From assembly GCA_963733675.1 (NCBI GenBank), contig CAVTET010000012.1:282155-346154 (forward strand): 64,000 bases of DNA, read 5' to 3'. This document shows positions 11,943 to 24,088 of the stretch, in pieces. Below the pieces are notes generated by a model. That model was not told the DNA's origin, searched no databases, and saw nothing but the letters and a program-made list of their open reading frames with translations. The translations under genes and the position numbers were made by a program. Positions within the stretch are counted from its first letter, which is position 1. Each line of letters opens with the position of its first letter. Origin of the DNA: an uncultured Methanosarcinaceae archaeon. GTDB taxonomy: Archaea; Halobacteriota; Methanosarcinia; Methanosarcinales; Methanosarcinaceae.

Positions 11943-12287
11943 TCATTTCTATATTATTTTTCTGTTGCAATACCGGAATATGTCCATAAGTCACTAATTT
12001 AATCTGATAAACAAGAATCTTTTCCATTGTGAGAAAGCGTATATGACTTTGTGATGATGCCTTTTCAAGTTCTACGATTTTTGAATTGCTGTTTTTTTCT
12101 TTTATCGTTTCATTGTTGCATTGTTTTTGTATGAAAACATATACACAAGAGTATATACAAAAAGCACGTCAAATTAAAGACAAAGATTGCCTTTAATAGA
12201 TTATACTCAATTTTTACATATTTTGAGAAAATATTTACATATCTGGAAATTAAAGAAATTATTTCTTTTTTGTGGAAGGGAAGTAAA

Positions 12288-12509
12288 ATGAGAGCTAATT
12301 ATAATATATTTATGATAGATCAGCTTAAAATATTCAAAGTGATTATTCGTTTAGTTACTATTATCATTCTTTATGTATTGCTATTGACACTAATTGTGGG
12401 AGTGACAAATATCCTCCTTAATATCAAATCGATTCTATTTGGGATTCTTGGGGGGGCTTTAGTGAGTCTATTTGGTCTTTTAATTTCCTGTCTCCCATTT
12501 TTTAGTTAA
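12288..12509 (+). pseudogene. short membrane-protein fragment, possibly PsiE-like N-terminus
   Basis: Two hydrophobic segments; looks truncated. Confidence 0.35.
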
Positions 12510-12540
12510 TCATGGATTTTTGTGCCTACATTTTAACTTT

Positions 12541-13794
12541 CTAAAAAATGGTTTTTAGGAATATTCCTAAGGTTTTCATAAACTTAATAGAATTTGTTGA
12601 GAAAAGGAGTTTTCTCATGAGGACAGAAGGATGATCCATGTCTCCATATTCAGTGATTATTTTAAGGATAGAAGAGGTGTTTAACGAGCCTATAAGCTCA
12701 TTTAATTGCTTGTCTTCCAACTTTCCCATATAATCATGAATTTTTAGACCGATATCAAATTCTTTTCCGAGGTATTTTCGCCATAGTAGATCATATTCGG
12801 AAAGCCTCTGTGCAGATGTGTTCCCTTCAAGGGCGGCGTCTGCTGCAACTTTTCCAGCTATTTTTGCCGCAAAAGCCCCTGTATAGATACCACCAGCTGA
12901 TATTGGTTTAACCTGCCCTGCTGCATCACCTACTAGCAAAATACCATCAGAAACAGTTCTTTTAGGAGGGTCTATTGGGATTCCTCCTACTACAAAATCA
13001 AGCATACCTCCTGAGTACCTGGCTTTTACGTGGGAGTTTGATCGAAGGAATTTTTCAAGATAAGAAAGAGAATAACTTTTTTCATTAATATTTTTGCAAG
13101 CAAAGCTCGGTTCAAAGGCGAGCCCAATTCTTGAAATTTTTTCGTCAATTGGTACTGTCCATGCAAAAAAACCAGGAGCTGAAGAGCCTAAAAACATTTC
13201 AACAAAATCAATATTTTTGGATTTATATGGAACTTCTATCTGAATTCCGGAAAGCATACGAGCAGGTCTCTCAAGTCCTGCATAACTGGCTATACGGCTT
13301 TTAACTCCATCAGCTCCTATCACTACTGATGCAGATATTGTTTCAAGCTTGCCATTTGTGAGTACCACGAGTTTAATTGGAGCCTGACTTATTTTTCGTT
13401 CAATTTTATTTTTGGAATACCTTCTCTCAAGCCCTACGGCCCTTGTCCTCAGGGACAGTACCACACCTTCTTCTACAGCCATTACTGCAAGCTTGCGGTC
13501 AAAAATTTTCCTCGAGATCACGTATGCCTTGGTCTGCTTACCATCGATTGGAAGGCACTGCCCGTCAGGGGCGTATACAAAAGCCCCACGTACGGAGTTG
13601 AATACAAAGTCATCCGACGGCTTGAGTTCGCATTCTGTCACAGCTCTCTTGCTCAAAAGTCCGGTACAGCTTACAGGAGATCCTATCGAAGGATGCTCTT
13701 CAAGAAGGAGGACCTTTGCTCCATTCAAAGCTGCATAGCGAGCAGCTATAGATCCCACGGGACCGGCTCCAACGACAACAACATCATAATTCAT
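12541..13794 (-). CDS. geranylgeranyl reductase family protein (digeranylgeranylglycerophospholipid reductase-like)
   Basis: YDVVVVGAGPVG FAD motif, IGADG, LVGDAAGQVKPISAGGI. Confidence 0.9.
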   Translation of the reverse strand: MNYDVVVVGAGPVGSIAARYAALNGAKVLLLEEHPSIGSPVSCTGLLSKRAVTECELKPSDDFVFNSVRGAFVYAPDGQCLPIDGKQTKAYVISRKIFDRKLAVMAVEEGVVLSLRTRAVGLERRYSKNKIERKISQAPIKLVVLTNGKLETISASVVIGADGVKSRIASYAGLERPARMLSGIQIEVPYKSKNIDFVEMFLGSSAPGFFAWTVPIDEKISRIGLAFEPSFACKNINEKSYSLSYLEKFLRSNSHVKARYSGGMLDFVVGGIPIDPPKRTVSDGILLVGDAAGQVKPISAGGIYTGAFAAKIAGKVAADAALEGNTSAQRLSEYDLLWRKYLGKEFDIGLKIHDYMGKLEDKQLNELIGSLNTSSILKIITEYGDMDHPSVLMRKLLFSTNSIKFMKTLGIFLKTIF

Positions 13795-14309
13795 GCCTCA
13801 TAACCCTCGAAAATAAATTCTTGCATTAGCAGGTAGCTTGATATATTTTAAGCTCATGATATCAATTAAAATGACAAAAAAATTCCATGAACATATAGAT
13901 GGAATGATTTTTAAGTGGACCTTCGTTTATTTTAATGATTTTAAATAATTTTTGATCCTTTACATCACGTGAAATTTATCGTTAGATTTTTAAATCCAAG
14001 AATTTCTTTATAATCTTTTCACGCTTTCATAAACTTCTTTCACACTAATTAATACTTTCACAATCTTATGATATTGATAAATATATCCAACGAGAGACTG
14101 AACGAGAAAACTGAAAGATCTTAATAATTAAAACACTTTTTGCAGATGTATACAATAATTCTAACTATTTTCTCAATATGAAAGTAGCTTAAAAATCAAT
14201 CTAATTTTGAATGAATAATAGTAAGCAAATAGGCAAATAAATTGTACAGATATGTACGTCTGTGGAATGTTGGATTAATAATTTTCCCAAATAACAGGCC
14301 AGAGTTTAC

Positions 14310-16532
14310 ATGCAGCAGAAAAATGAAAAATTCCAGGATTCGGTACAGAATAAACAAAAAAGAAACAAATCAAAAGGAAAAATATATAATAAGCCGGAAA
14401 AAAAAGATTTTAATAAAAATGAAAACAGTACTGCAGATAAATTTCGAGGTTTTAGTGAGAAGGATTCTACCAGAAAGAGCTCTAGCTCTAAAAAAAGTCT
14501 GAATTCGAATTTACCAAAAAAACAAAATTTTCAACGTTTCGAGTATGAAGATAACTACATTTTCTGGTGTAGAAAATGCAACCTGCCTTTGATTGGGAAA
14601 GAGTGCGGAAGATGTGGAAACAATGGAGACATTAGTTTTCTCTCCCAGCCTGCAGATGTCCGTTTCTGTTCACCTTATGAGCGAGAAATTATCAACAGGC
14701 AGCTTTTCTCAACTTTTGGTTGCAATCCTATTGGAGACAGGTTAATACTTCTTAACAAAATATCTGGTGAAGATAAAACGGATGAAGTGCTCGTTGATGG
14801 CTTCATTTTTGGAATTCTCCGTTTTGAGATTACCAAAGAGAGCTACAGTTTCGAACCTTCCCTTCAGGGAGCAAAAATTCTCCTGATGTACGCTGAAAGC
14901 AGGAAAGTTGAACTCAAGAAAAATAACAGACATTTTAATGGGAAAAAAATTGCAACAGAGCTTGTTGAATCCTTTATGGACACTATAAAGAAAGGGGATT
15001 TCGTCCTTGTGACTGCAGGCAACCTGACAGGATATGGAGTTTCTTATATTAACGGGGAAGATTTTTCAAAGTTGAAAAATTTGGCTGGAAATGAAGTTCA
15101 CAATGAATCTAAGTCCTCAATAGAAGCCGACGCAAAAGTTCTCAGGATCAGGAAAATTGATAGTAGTAGGGCATCCCTTCATTCAGAAACTCCGGACCTC
15201 AGTGCATGCATAGAGGCAAATAAAAAGCATCTGAAGGCTCTTGGCAAGAACGCAATCAATACAATTCGTGGGATTGTTTCCAGAAACGAAAACATCAGCC
15301 TTCCTGTATATGTCTCCTTCAGCGGTGGAAAAGACAGCCTTGTAAGTATGGATTTGGCCCGAGTTTCCCTCAAGCAGAGGGAACTCAAGGCTTTCTTTCT
15401 TAATACCGGAATCGAGTTTCCTGAAACTGTCGAATTTGTTCGAATTTCTTGCCAGAAGATGGGAATTCCACTTGAAAAAATGAATGCAGGCTCTGCTTTC
15501 TGGGACCAGATTGGGAAATTCGGGCCTCCTGCTAAAGATTTCCGATGGTGCTGCAAAGTATGTAAACTGGCACCTGCAGGGATCCTGGATGTAGGGAAAG
15601 GTATCAGTCCTCTTCCGGATCGAAAAGTAGATAATGGCGTGGCTTATCTGACAATCGATGGTAAGAGGAAACACGAATCCTTTTCAAGAGCAAGGGTTAT
15701 GGCTAGTGAGACAAATCCCTTTGTACCATCCCAGCTCAATATTTTCCCCATAAGAAACTGGAAAGCGCTTGAAGTTTGGCTCTACATTTACTGGAGAGGA
15801 CTCTCATACAATCCTCTCTATGATCTTGGTTTCGAAAGGATAGGATGCTGGCTTTGCCCGTCTGCCCTTGCTGCCGAATATTCCAGAGTAAAAGAGCTAC
15901 ATCCTGAAATGCATGAGAAATGGAATTCCTACTTGCTCGAGTGGGCAAAAACCAGAGGACTTTCTGAAAAATTTATAGAATATGGATTCTGGCGCTGGAA
16001 GGAGTTGCCTCCGAAAATACGCAGACTAGCAGAAGAGCATGGGATCTCTACTCTTGTTAAAGAAAATTTCAAAAATTTTGAAATTGAAGTCGTGGGAGGA
16101 ATTTCTCCCTGCAGGTCTGGAGGTTTCTCCATAGAAGCAGGAATAAGAGGTATTAGGGAAAAAGAAATTGCAGATTGCATAAATGTACTTGGAAATACAG
16201 TTTATGTGGAAGAAATGGGTATTCTGCTTGTCAAAACTAGTATCGGGACTGTAAAGTTTTTTTCAAGTGGAAATCTGCTTGTAAGCTCTGAAACAAAAGA
16301 AAAAGCTATTAGCCTTTTTAAGGACGTCATAAAGCAATTAATAAGATTTACTCACTGCACAGGCTGCGGAATTTGTATAAAAGCATGCCCAATAGAGGCA
16401 ATTTTTCTAAATGAACGAAGATTATATGTAAGTGAAAGGTGCATTAGATGCGGAAAATGCGCAGAATCCTGCATAGTGACAAAATATTTTGATAAGTTTG
16501 TACCTGACATATATCAAAAATTAAAAATCTGA
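14310..16532 (+). CDS. PAPS-reductase family protein with N-terminal Zn ribbon and C-terminal 2x[4Fe-4S] domain
   Basis: SFSGGKDS PP-loop, RWCCKVCK, ERIGCWLCP, CTGCGICIKACP and CIRCGKCAESC. Confidence 0.9.
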   Translation: MQQKNEKFQDSVQNKQKRNKSKGKIYNKPEKKDFNKNENSTADKFRGFSEKDSTRKSSSSKKSLNSNLPKKQNFQRFEYEDNYIFWCRKCNLPLIGKECGRCGNNGDISFLSQPADVRFCSPYEREIINRQLFSTFGCNPIGDRLILLNKISGEDKTDEVLVDGFIFGILRFEITKESYSFEPSLQGAKILLMYAESRKVELKKNNRHFNGKKIATELVESFMDTIKKGDFVLVTAGNLTGYGVSYINGEDFSKLKNLAGNEVHNESKSSIEADAKVLRIRKIDSSRASLHSETPDLSACIEANKKHLKALGKNAINTIRGIVSRNENISLPVYVSFSGGKDSLVSMDLARVSLKQRELKAFFLNTGIEFPETVEFVRISCQKMGIPLEKMNAGSAFWDQIGKFGPPAKDFRWCCKVCKLAPAGILDVGKGISPLPDRKVDNGVAYLTIDGKRKHESFSRARVMASETNPFVPSQLNIFPIRNWKALEVWLYIYWRGLSYNPLYDLGFERIGCWLCPSALAAEYSRVKELHPEMHEKWNSYLLEWAKTRGLSEKFIEYGFWRWKELPPKIRRLAEEHGISTLVKENFKNFEIEVVGGISPCRSGGFSIEAGIRGIREKEIADCINVLGNTVYVEEMGILLVKTSIGTVKFFSSGNLLVSSETKEKAISLFKDVIKQLIRFTHCTGCGICIKACPIEAIFLNERRLYVSERCIRCGKCAESCIVTKYFDKFVPDIYQKLKI

Positions 16533-17227
16533 ATTATCAAAGTTTGAATTTGCTTATTTCTTCAATTTTCGTCCCTACAGTATTCATTGTGGATAAAAAT
16601 TGTTAAAATACTTAGCTAGATCTCCGGGTTATTAGACGTTTTAATTCGCTACTTTCAGCTCAGGCATGAAAATGCGGCGATTTTCTTTTTAATTTCTCTT
16701 GTTGTTATTTATGGTACTACTGAATTAATCCTAAGGTTCCAGCTTTGTCTCATGAGTTCTAGTATTTATCCTTACTCTACTCATACTTGCTTTTCTTATA
16801 GAAGCTTTTGTTAGAGAATTACAGGTTTTTTGGAGCTCGTATCTTTCTAAGATCTCTGACTACAGTTTAGAGGTTTTATCAGGAATACATCCATCCTGAA
16901 CTTTAGAGTCTGACTCGCAATTCTAGAACCTAAGAAACTCTTGTAAGGCTGAATCAGATAATTAATTTCCAGAAATCAAAAAAATTAACTGAACAATTCA
17001 GAAAATTGAGAAAAGCTCTGAGGATAAAATATGATATACCAGTCGAAAGGGATTACTTTATATTGTTATAGGATGTTAAAATTCTCGTATATCGTTTTTA
17101 TTTATTTAATCAAGATCTGCTGACAGATGCAGATAGCATACGATTATAAAATAATTCAATTCATTCGATTCGGAATCGAGGTTAATTCAAAAGCTTATTC
17201 CAGCTTTTCATAGAACACGGTGATAGA

Positions 17228-19135
17228 ATGCAGTTATTGTTAATTCATTCTAATTATATAGAATACGAAATCAAAAAACAAACTACAGTTGCTGAAAAAA
17301 TTGATGAGTCCTTAAAGTCTGGCAGGCTTGAAGAAGCACTTACGGCTTTTACAGCTGTGGAAAGTATAGATGAAGTAAATCCTCAGGAATCTATAGATAA
17401 AGCCGTTTTCGAAATCGAGAAGGTGGCAACCCAGGTTAAAATCAATCGCATAATGCTCTATCCTTACGCACACTTAAGTTCTGATCTTTCCTCACCGAAA
17501 ATCGCCGTGCAGGTATTAAAAGGAATAGAAGCGTCTCTCTCAGGTAAATATGAGGTAAAGCGTGCTCCTTTTGGATGGTATAAAGCCTTTACTGTAAGCT
17601 GTAAAGGGCATCCTCTTTCTGAACTTTCCAGAAGCATTCGGCCTGAAGGAGTGACAAAGGCAGCAAGTAAAGCTGAAGCAGCCGGGAAAACAGACGAAGT
17701 TGTTTCCGAGGCACTGAAAGCTGAAAGTACTGCTAAATCTTACTGGTATATTCTGACTCCTGATGGAGAACTTCATGAAGTTGAGAGTTTTGACCTGACC
17801 CCTTATACTAAACTTCAGCAGTTCGTAAACTATGAAATTTCCAAGAGCAGAGCTGTTGAGAGGGCTCCTCCACATGTAGAGCTTATGAGGAGGCTTGAAC
17901 TTGCGGATTATGAGCCAGGGTCAGATTCTGGAAACATGCGCTATTACCCAAAAGGAAGGCTTATAAAATCCCTTCTTGAAAATTACGTACTTGATGTAGC
18001 AACAGAATTCGGGGCAATGGAAGTTGAAACTCCGCTCATGTACGACATGAACCATCCTACTCTGAAGAAATATCTAGATAGATTCCCTGCAAGGCAGTAT
18101 TCGATCGAGTCTGATAAACGGCAAATGTTCCTACGTTTTGCAGCCTGTTTTGGGCAATTTTTGATGAACCATGACATGACTATTTCTTATAAGAATCTGC
18201 CTCTGAAGATGATAGAAATGACCCGCTATAGTTTTAGGAAGGAACAGCGAGGAGAACTTGTGGGTTTGAGAAGACTTCGGGCTTTTACCATGCCTGATAT
18301 GCACACACTCTGTGAGGATATGCCCCAGGCTGTGGATCAGTTTAAGAAGCAATATAATTTATGCATCAGTGTGCTTGAAAATATGGGAATTTATGTTAGT
18401 GATTATGAGGTTGCCATCCGTTTTACTAAGGACTTTTATGAGTCGAATAAAGAGCTTGTAGTCAGCATGGCAAAAACCGTTGACAAGCCCGTGCTGATTG
18501 AAATGTGGGATACCCGATTCTTCTATTTCGTACTTAAGTTTGAGTTTAATTTTGTAGATGCTTTGGCCAAGGCAAGTGCCCTTTCTACTGTTCAAATAGA
18601 CGTGGAAAACGCTGAAAGGTATGATATTTCTTATGTGAACGCTGAGGGTAAATTGGTAAATCCGTCAGTTCTTCACTGCTCTCCCAGCGGGGCAATTGAG
18701 CGGTGTATTTATGCTCTTCTTGAAAAGGCTGCAATGGAAGCTGATAAAGGAAAAGTTCCAATGCTCCCCGTCTGGCTTTCTCCAACCCAGGTTCGAGTAG
18801 TGCCGATTTCGGAAAAGCACCTACCTTTTGCCGAAGAAGTTTCAAAAAAGCTTGACTGTAGGGTTGATATTGATGACCGTGACATGTCCATCGGAAAAAA
18901 GGTCAGGGAGGCAAGTAGGGAATGGATACCTTATTTAGTGGTAGTTGGCGATAAAGAAATTGAGGAAGGTACTATTAACGTTACCATTAGGGTCAAATCT
19001 AAGCACGATAAACTAAACAAGGTGCAGATAACTCCTGAAAAACTTAATGAGTTGGTTAGAGAAGAAATAAATGATAAACCTTATAGGAAACTGCCACTTG
19101 CAAAGTATCTTTCTGCAAGGCCAAAGTTCTTCTAA
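17228..19135 (+). CDS. thrS: threonine--tRNA ligase, archaeal type
   Basis: Archaeal editing domain ([34 protein letters not shown]), [27 protein letters not shown]. Confidence 0.97.
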   Translation: MQLLLIHSNYIEYEIKKQTTVAEKIDESLKSGRLEEALTAFTAVESIDEVNPQESIDKAVFEIEKVATQVKINRIMLYPYAHLSSDLSSPKIAVQVLKGIEASLSGKYEVKRAPFGWYKAFTVSCKGHPLSELSRSIRPEGVTKAASKAEAAGKTDEVVSEALKAESTAKSYWYILTPDGELHEVESFDLTPYTKLQQFVNYEISKSRAVERAPPHVELMRRLELADYEPGSDSGNMRYYPKGRLIKSLLENYVLDVATEFGAMEVETPLMYDMNHPTLKKYLDRFPARQYSIESDKRQMFLRFAACFGQFLMNHDMTISYKNLPLKMIEMTRYSFRKEQRGELVGLRRLRAFTMPDMHTLCEDMPQAVDQFKKQYNLCISVLENMGIYVSDYEVAIRFTKDFYESNKELVVSMAKTVDKPVLIEMWDTRFFYFVLKFEFNFVDALAKASALSTVQIDVENAERYDISYVNAEGKLVNPSVLHCSPSGAIERCIYALLEKAAMEADKGKVPMLPVWLSPTQVRVVPISEKHLPFAEEVSKKLDCRVDIDDRDMSIGKKVREASREWIPYLVVVGDKEIEEGTINVTIRVKSKHDKLNKVQITPEKLNELVREEINDKPYRKLPLAKYLSARPKFF

Positions 19136-19226
19136 ATTTAGTATACCGTTATATTAGAGAAAGTTAGTATATATATATCGAAAAACATTTCACATTAACT
19201 ATACTAGGTTTAATCCACCTTATGTT

Positions 19227-19390
19227 GTGAAGCTCAATAATAAAAAGATCAGCTGGATCATTGCTTAAAAGAAGAATGTAGAAAAGACTTCCGATACAGC
19301 TGATTTCAGCAGATCTTGAAGGAATATTGCGATGCTTATCAGGAATCTCTTATTGGCGCGAATCTCGGTCTGGCAAAAAAAGTTTTTTGA
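19227..19390 (+). mobile_element. IS481-family transposase 5' relic
   Basis: VKLNNKKISWIIA*K...QQILKEYC...IGANLG resembles the N-terminus of Methanosarcina IS481 transposases. Confidence 0.55.
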
Positions 19391-20254
19391 TACTTGCTCT
19401 TTTTTAAGAATTATTCAGTGACTCATGAACACGACTGAAATAAAATTGAATGCAATCTACTTAACTCTAATGTATGGGGTATGTTTTAGGTCATCTGCTA
19501 GGTTTCTCCTCAACTTTTGAGTCTGCCTTTAGCAAATATCCTTGATCTGAAAGATTAAGACTTTGCTTTTGGATCCTCTGCGATTTCTGAATATAACGTC
19601 GTTATTCCAATTGATTATTCTGCAGCAATTTGTGGGGATGGAAATTTCACCGAAAACCATTATTATTAAGTGGGTTATATTTTTCAGGTATATTTGTGCT
19701 ATAAAATGGAACTACTTCAAGTAGACTATTATGCGATAAAATAAGAGATCTCATAGTTTTTTGTATGAATCAGTGTATCAGTTTTTTTTAAGCAACTACA
19801 TCATCAACTATTTAAATATATCTACTTTGAAATTGGTAAAAGTTACTGTTTTGAGTTTGATGGAATCTGTACTGAAGTTAATCTTATTAATTTTTGCGTT
19901 GACTCCGAACAAAATATTCTCCTTCAAAATGATGCAGATTAAAAAAAGGTATTACAGCATGAAAAATTATTTAAAGAATACTAAAACATTAAAGAACAAT
20001 TATAATTTAGTGAACTGTAGATTGACGGAAGTTACATTGGAAGTGTGGGTGATGGTATATTTTTCAATGCAACTAAAAACTGTGTTGAAAACCAGGGGAA
20101 TTCGGTAGAAAATTAATCTCATGAGCAAATGAAAATATTTGACTTTGAATAATTACTTATATCCACAGCGATGAAGCGAATATATAGTTGCTTGCAGTGA
20201 TGTTTGCTTGCGCCAAAGCAACTTGAATTTTTTCTTCTAGCTATATACACTATC

Positions 20255-20288
<34 letters not shown>

Positions 20289-20483
20289 ATATTGTTATGG
20301 AGTTAGCTGGAAATGTTAAAGCCAATTAAATCATTCAAAAATCTTATGTATTAAGTTATATTTTGATGACATTTTTGAAAATCAGGTTCTAAACATAAAA
20401 TTTTGCATTATTTATTATGTCGTTTATATATGCTCTCAAAAAGAGTCGCAAAAAATATTAAAGAGCAGTGCATTTTGGACTTG

Positions 20484-21347
20484 ATGACATTCAAAGGGCA
20501 TGCCTGTGCATTCGGGGCAGGAACGATAATAAACGCCATAGCTACATGGAAAGGTGCAGCATTCGGGATTAATTTGAAAACATTCGCAGAGGTTAGACTT
20601 TCCGAAAGTGAAATCGGGATTTCAGGATCTATTGAAGAGATACCTGATGGAGATGTTCGCCTCATAGAACTCTGCGTTGAGCTGGTTCTCGAAAAGTTTG
20701 GGCTTGAGTTAGGTGGTACGGTAAGAACAAGAAGCGAAGTCCCTCTTGCAGGCGGGCTCAAAAGTAGTAGTGCTGCAGCAAACGCTTCCATCCTTGCAAC
20801 TTTACGTGCCATTGGCAAGACTCTATCTCCCCTTGAGATTGTGAAACTTGGGGTAAGAGCTGCAAGAGAAGTAGGAGTTACGGTAACAGGAGCCTTTGAT
20901 GATGCCTGTGCTTCTTTCCTGGGAGGAATTGTGGTGACTGACAACCGAAAAATGGAGCTAATCAGACGCGAAGAAATTGAATCTAAGGTTTTTATATTTG
21001 CACCTGACAGGAAGGCTTTCAGTATAGATACTGATCTCAAACGTTCTAAATTGATCGCTCCATATGTAAAAATTGCATATGATCTTGCCCTGAAAGGTGA
21101 CTACGAACGAGCCATGACACTTAATGGATTCCTCTACTGTGGGGCTCTTGGTTTTGATATGGAATACATGCTAAAAGCTCTCGAATGTGGAGTAAAAGGA
21201 GTGAGCCTATCCGGAACCGGTCCTTCATATGTAGCACTCGTGAAGAATGAGCAGGCAAAAGAGCTGAAATCTGCTTGGGAAAGCTGTGGAATGGCAGGAA
21301 GGATCATAGAAACCACTATAAATAACAGGGCTGCAGTATCCTTATGA
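20484..21347 (+). CDS. aroK: archaeal shikimate kinase (GHMP family)
   Basis: GAGTIINAIATWKGAAFGI, GGLKSSSAAANA, VTGAFDDACAS, LSGTGPS. Confidence 0.95.
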   Translation: MTFKGHACAFGAGTIINAIATWKGAAFGINLKTFAEVRLSESEIGISGSIEEIPDGDVRLIELCVELVLEKFGLELGGTVRTRSEVPLAGGLKSSSAAANASILATLRAIGKTLSPLEIVKLGVRAAREVGVTVTGAFDDACASFLGGIVVTDNRKMELIRREEIESKVFIFAPDRKAFSIDTDLKRSKLIAPYVKIAYDLALKGDYERAMTLNGFLYCGALGFDMEYMLKALECGVKGVSLSGTGPSYVALVKNEQAKELKSAWESCGMAGRIIETTINNRAAVSL

Positions 21348-21649
21348 AGGAAGTGACTCTCTTGACCGAACTTGAAGCTGTCCGTGAAAAAATCGAAAAA
21401 ATTGATATGGAGATCCTTACCCTTATTGATAAAAGAGTCAATATGGCTGAAAAGGTGCTTGAATCAAAACGAATAAATGGAACTTCAATAAATGACCACA
21501 AGCAAAATGAGATTGTAATCAGCAGGGCCTTAAATATCTCAACAGAGCTCAATCTTGATCCGGGGTCTGTAAAGGCTATTTTTGAGATTTTAATAAGGAT
21601 GAGTATTGAACGTCAGAATGAGTTGAGTGGCAAAGGAAGCCTGCCTTGA
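21344..21649 (+). CDS. chorismate mutase (AroQ class)
   Basis: LEAVREKIEKIDMEILTLIDKR; ATGA overlap with aroK. Confidence 0.9.
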   Translation: MKEVTLLTELEAVREKIEKIDMEILTLIDKRVNMAEKVLESKRINGTSINDHKQNEIVISRALNISTELNLDPGSVKAIFEILIRMSIERQNELSGKGSLP

Positions 21650-21667
21650 TTCCTAAGAGGAGCGAAA

Positions 21668-22063
21668 ATGGTCGATATTTCAGTGATTATGGGTTCTGAA
21701 TCTGACAGATCAATCGCTAATCGTGCGACATCTGTGCTTGAAAAGAGCAAGTATACTTATGAAGTGATGGTTATTTCCGCGCACAGGAATCCGGAAGAGC
21801 TTGATAGTTACATTTCAAGCACTGATGCAAAGGTCTTTATCGCAATTGCAGGTTTATCGGCAGCTCTCCCTGGGTTTGTAGCTTCCAAGACTAAAAAACC
21901 TGTAGTTGGAGTTCCCGTGAGTGCAAAACTTGGCGGACTAGATGCTCTTCTTTCCATAGCCCAAATGCCTAAAGGGGTACCTGTCGGAAGCGTTGGGATC
22001 GATAACGGAGCAAATGGTGCGTACCTTGCCTTGAGAATTCTAGATTTAATTGATAGCTATTAA
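21668..22063 (+). CDS. purE: N5-CAIR mutase / AIR carboxylase
   Basis: [31 protein letters not shown]. Confidence 0.95.
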   Translation: MVDISVIMGSESDRSIANRATSVLEKSKYTYEVMVISAHRNPEELDSYISSTDAKVFIAIAGLSAALPGFVASKTKKPVVGVPVSAKLGGLDALLSIAQMPKGVPVGSVGIDNGANGAYLALRILDLIDSY

Positions 22064-23131
22064 ATACTTAAGGGACTAACGATCTTCATTATTTAATGGG
22101 CTTTGTATGATATCTTATTTTTCAAAATTTAGAACGTTTTTTACTCCCGATATCGTTGCGTATAATACAGATAATCTCCATATTTCATGGATATTTTTTT
22201 TAAGAATCTAACCAATCAATCTGGTTAAGTTAGTAGATTAGGAAAAGTATTTTTAGAAAGGCGCATCTGAATTTTGAGCGTTTTTGGGGAATGAGAAGTA
22301 ATTGATGATGAGATTTACAGCAGAAAAGGATATTTCTCAGATACTTTGCTATCAATATGGAGGTCATTCTTTTAAAAACAAGAGTATGCTGTTGTTTAGC
22401 GCACATTTTTTTCATGCTTTATACTTTTTTGGATAAGATATTCAAAAATAATTTTCTGGCCAGGAAACTATTTTTGTCTATGAGTTGTTGGAAATCGTAA
22501 GTCAAAACTCTTTTTACATTTTGTCGTAAATCAGATGTGTAATAGGTTTTCATATTTAACTAATGAGTCAAGAACAGACATGGTTCATTATTTTTAGTTT
22601 TTGAATCTTGCTAGTGAGTTATTGAAAATAGCAAACAAAAGAGTTTTTCGAATTTTTCCCTAAAATGAAAGGATACTCATTTTTCAGATTTAATCAATGA
22701 CCTAATGCCATGAAGTATTTTTTTGTCCGTCATTAAGTAATTGAGGTTTCCATAATTAATTTTCCAAATGATGAAGTTTGTGTTTTCATACACTAAAGTC
22801 CATATGTTCTAACTAATATCACTTAAGTGCGGAACGAAAAAGAGGTGGCCATAAATAATGAGTGATGTTTACCCACAAAAGTCACGTACTTGCTTCTGCA
22901 CTTCGTTCTTTGTATTATATCGTTTTTGTCTCTCAGTATGGCTGTAAGCTTGGATATTAGTGTTTTTGGACAAAGTATATTCTAGGATGAAAATAGTAAC
23001 TATTTAGAGATACACTATATAAAATATCACTAAGTTGATTTTTGAAATAAAATCAACCAAATAATGGTGGAGAACTATTTTTTGACTATCCATTTTTTTA
23101 CTCAGGTTTAATTTTAAGTTGTTCCTTTGAG

Positions 23132-23281
23132 GGTTCCGTTGCAAAAATAATTTTACTGCCTTTTTAGGCTATAACTATTGCTTTTTTGTATAATTATTGA
23201 CCTGTTTATGGAATAGAAATATCCTAATTGTGAAAGTTTTTTCTGATTTTGCAAGGGAGCCAGATTTTTTGCAACGGAACC
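23132..23281. mobile_element. 150-bp IS6-type MITE, copy 1
   Basis: Perfect 16-bp IRs GGTTCCGTTGCAAAAA ... TTTTTGCAACGGAACC, identical to the IS6 IR at 11310-11325; no ORF. Confidence 0.9.
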
Positions 23282-23359
23282 AATTGGTTTATTACTGTAT
23301 AAGATCCGTTCTATACGGCTGCATACTGGCAATTAATTACTCCAATGTATTATGAATTG

Positions 23360-23660
23360 TTACAAATTATTGAAACAAAACTTGGATCTGAACATCAAGA
23401 TGTTGCAACAGCCTGAAACACTCTCGCAGAACTCTATATAAATATAGGAGAGTACGAAAAAGCACTCCCACCTTATCAAAGAGACTTAGAGATCAGCGAA
23501 AAGGTCCTGGGTCCACAACACCCAGATGTTGCAACAATCCTAAACAATCTCGCAGGACTCTATGAAAACATGGGTGAATACGAAAAAGCGACTCTACTTC
23601 GGCAAAGAATAGAAAAGAATTTCAATTACCCAAAAAAGTCTAAATTTTTTTCTGCTTCAT
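23360..23660 (+). pseudogene. TPR-repeat (kinesin-light-chain-like) protein fragment
   Basis: [29 protein letters not shown]...[28 protein letters not shown]. Confidence 0.85.
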
Positions 23661-23661
23661 T

Positions 23662-23795
23662 GATGCACAGTTTTTGTGTTAAAATATGTGCATTTTCCAA
23701 TTTTAGAGCCAGATTGCCTAATGTTTATCTGATAATGCATAAGGTCTAAAATCTCCTACCATGCAAGCAACTTCTGAGAACGATTCCAGAAAATT
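23662..23795 (+). repeat. dispersed repeat, homologue of 1727-1860
   Basis: See 1727-1860. Confidence 0.8.
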
Positions 23796-23860
23796 TCTTA
23801 TTTATACCAAATATGTGCTATTTTGTCATCATAACTATCAGCAGAGCTTTTAATCGAGTT

Positions 23861-23887
23861 GCTATAAATACTATAAATGCTATAATA
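23861..23887 (+). promoter_or_regulatory. three tandem 9-bp repeats overlapping the TA promoter; candidate operator
   Basis: GCTATAAAT ACTATAAAT GCTATAATA ends 6 bp before the antitoxin ATG. Confidence 0.5.
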
Positions 23888-23893
23888 TTTATA

Positions 23894-24088
23894 ATGTCTG
23901 AAACAACAACTATCCAGATAACAAAGCAAATTCGCGAAGAGCTACAGAAAATTGGAAAGATGGGAGACGATTATAATAAGGTTATTAATGACCTTATAGT
24001 CGAACACAATAGGAATAAATTAGCAGAGCGCGGTGAGAAATTTATAAAAGAGCATAAAAATGAGTTTGTGAGTATCGATGACCTTTAA
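23894..24088 (+). CDS. putative antitoxin (ribbon-helix-helix-like)
   Basis: MSETTTIQITKQIREELQKIG...YNKVINDL...FVSIDDL; overlaps the downstream RelE-like gene. Confidence 0.75.
   Translation: MSETTTIQITKQIREELQKIGKMGDDYNKVINDLIVEHNRNKLAERGEKFIKEHKNEFVSIDDL

Noticed and set aside
22210-22900. IS4/ISH8-like terminal sequences and transposase traces
   Set aside because: Too degenerate to assign ends or a reading frame.
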